64,000 nucleotides of DNA. It comes from a virus. Numbering within the stretch: the stretch's first letter is position 1; each line of letters starts with the position of its first letter. The position numbers were made by a program, and so were the translations under genes. Below, piece by piece: positions 63,268 through 64,000 of the stretch. A model generated the notes under the pieces. It saw only the letters and a list, made by a program, of their open reading frames with translations. It ran no database searches and was not told where the DNA came from. Location of the stretch: the IMG/VR virus record IMGVR_UViG_3300025073_000026; one strand, 5' to 3'.

Positions 63268-63424
63268 AGGGATACCTCCATATGTGCTATAGTAACTGCT
63301 GTGATAGTCAGAATAACGATATCATAGATAGGTTTTTCCTGTTAGAACCCCTCAAGGTAGAGTAGTAGGTGTAGTACCTGAAGGGCGCAAATCTATGGGG
63401 CCCATCTGACAGGGGGGCATTGAA

Positions 63425-64000
63425 GTGACTCGCAGATACATCCGACACAAGGAATGCCCCTTTGCTCTAACGGCCGAGAAGATAAACGAGATACGAATAC
63501 TAATCTCTCAGGGGATGACCCTAACAGAAGTGGGCAAACGTACAGGCCGATCAAGACAAGCAGTAACCCAGATATCTCAGAGATATGGTATCCCACTCCC
63601 TGAGAGAGTAGACTGGTCAAGAGTAAACCTGAGTCAGGACTACCATGACATCGCCAAAGAACTGAGAGTCACTGAATCCACAGTCACTGAACACCAACGG
63701 AAAGCACTTGGGCATACAGTCCCTTGGCGGAAGAGACTGCTGGAAGATGTTCCAGACGCCATTCTAGTCACCCCCGAAGCCTACAACATCCTCAGAGAAT
63801 TAGGTGGGAAGGACACCACTAAGGTTTACCTGGAACGTAAACGACGGGGCCTAAGTAGGCCCAAAGAGCAACGAAACTGGCAGGAAGCCGCCCATTTATT
63901 CGGTCATGTCTCTGATCGAGAAGTAGGTGCCCAGATGGGTGTCTCAGATCGTGCGGCCTCTATTCAGAGGCGCAGACGTGGGATTCACGCTTGCAATCCC
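63425..64000 (+). CDS. multi-HTH DNA-binding protein (3' end runs off window)
   Basis: Manual translation from GTG: GMTLTEVGKRTGRSRQAVTQI, DIAKELRVTESTV, SDREVGAQMGVS; promoter at 63340-63367. Confidence 0.7.
   Translation, partial: MTRRYIRHKECPFALTAEKINEIRILISQGMTLTEVGKRTGRSRQAVTQISQRYGIPLPERVDWSRVNLSQDYHDIAKELRVTESTVTEHQRKALGHTVPWRKRLLEDVPDAILVTPEAYNILRELGGKDTTKVYLERKRRGLSRPKEQRNWQEAAHLFGHVSDREVGAQMGVSDRAASIQRRRRGIHACNP

Noticed and set aside
212-63620. Numerous antisense or overlapping ORFs in the track (e.g. 4319, 6641, 10849, 31763, 32511, 46722, 53076, 57222, 58823)
   Set aside because: They shadow well-supported genes or tRNAs on the opposite strand and lack an RBS or recognisable motifs
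1-64000. Genome-wide stop-codon reassignment (TAG=Gln, code 15)
   Set aside because: Many genes end in TAG immediately before the next RBS or start (e.g. 41171, 46529, 50911, 54626, 55246, 60686), long genes are intact in code 11, and no CUA tRNA is seen
1-64000. CRISPR array
   Set aside because: No direct repeats of constant length with unique spacers; the recurring motifs are dispersed promoters and tRNA arms

Overview
The window looks like an accessory region of a large (jumbo-type) bacteriophage genome. It has densely packed short ORFs with strong GGAGG ribosome-binding sites, mostly on the - strand from 1 to about 44.7 kb and mostly on the + strand after that. No core replication or complete virion module is present. 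It carries 34 tRNA or tRNA-like genes (2.4-28.3 kb, all - strand) covering all 20 amino acids. Putative RNA repair and maturation enzymes include an Rnl2-type ligase, Thg1, an RNase Z-like MBL hydrolase and HAD phosphatases. A NAD/ADP-ribosylation toolkit comprises two PARP-like enzymes, an ADP-ribosylglycohydrolase, NADAR, NadD, NUDIX and CinA/PncC. Other genes are CoaD, a RelA/SpoT-domain protein, a SET protein, three DNA methyltransferases, TnpB and IsrB with its omegaRNA, and a homing-type endonuclease. The most unusual signals are: (1) C in place of the invariant U at tRNA positions 8, 33 and 55 in 12 otherwise intact tRNAs; (2) a group I intron at 35/36 of tRNA-Asn; (3) a tRNA-like RNA with an 8-nt anticodon loop and a giant variable arm; (4) a kissing-loop three-way-junction RNA inside the tRNA array; (5) a bipartite promoter TGTTAG-N17-TAGTA in more than 20 copies, plus a sigma4-alphaCTD fusion protein that could read it; (6) a shared N-terminal leader peptide on three unrelated proteins. 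Family assignments come from motif recognition by eye, not database searches. Coordinates outside the ORF track were counted by hand.
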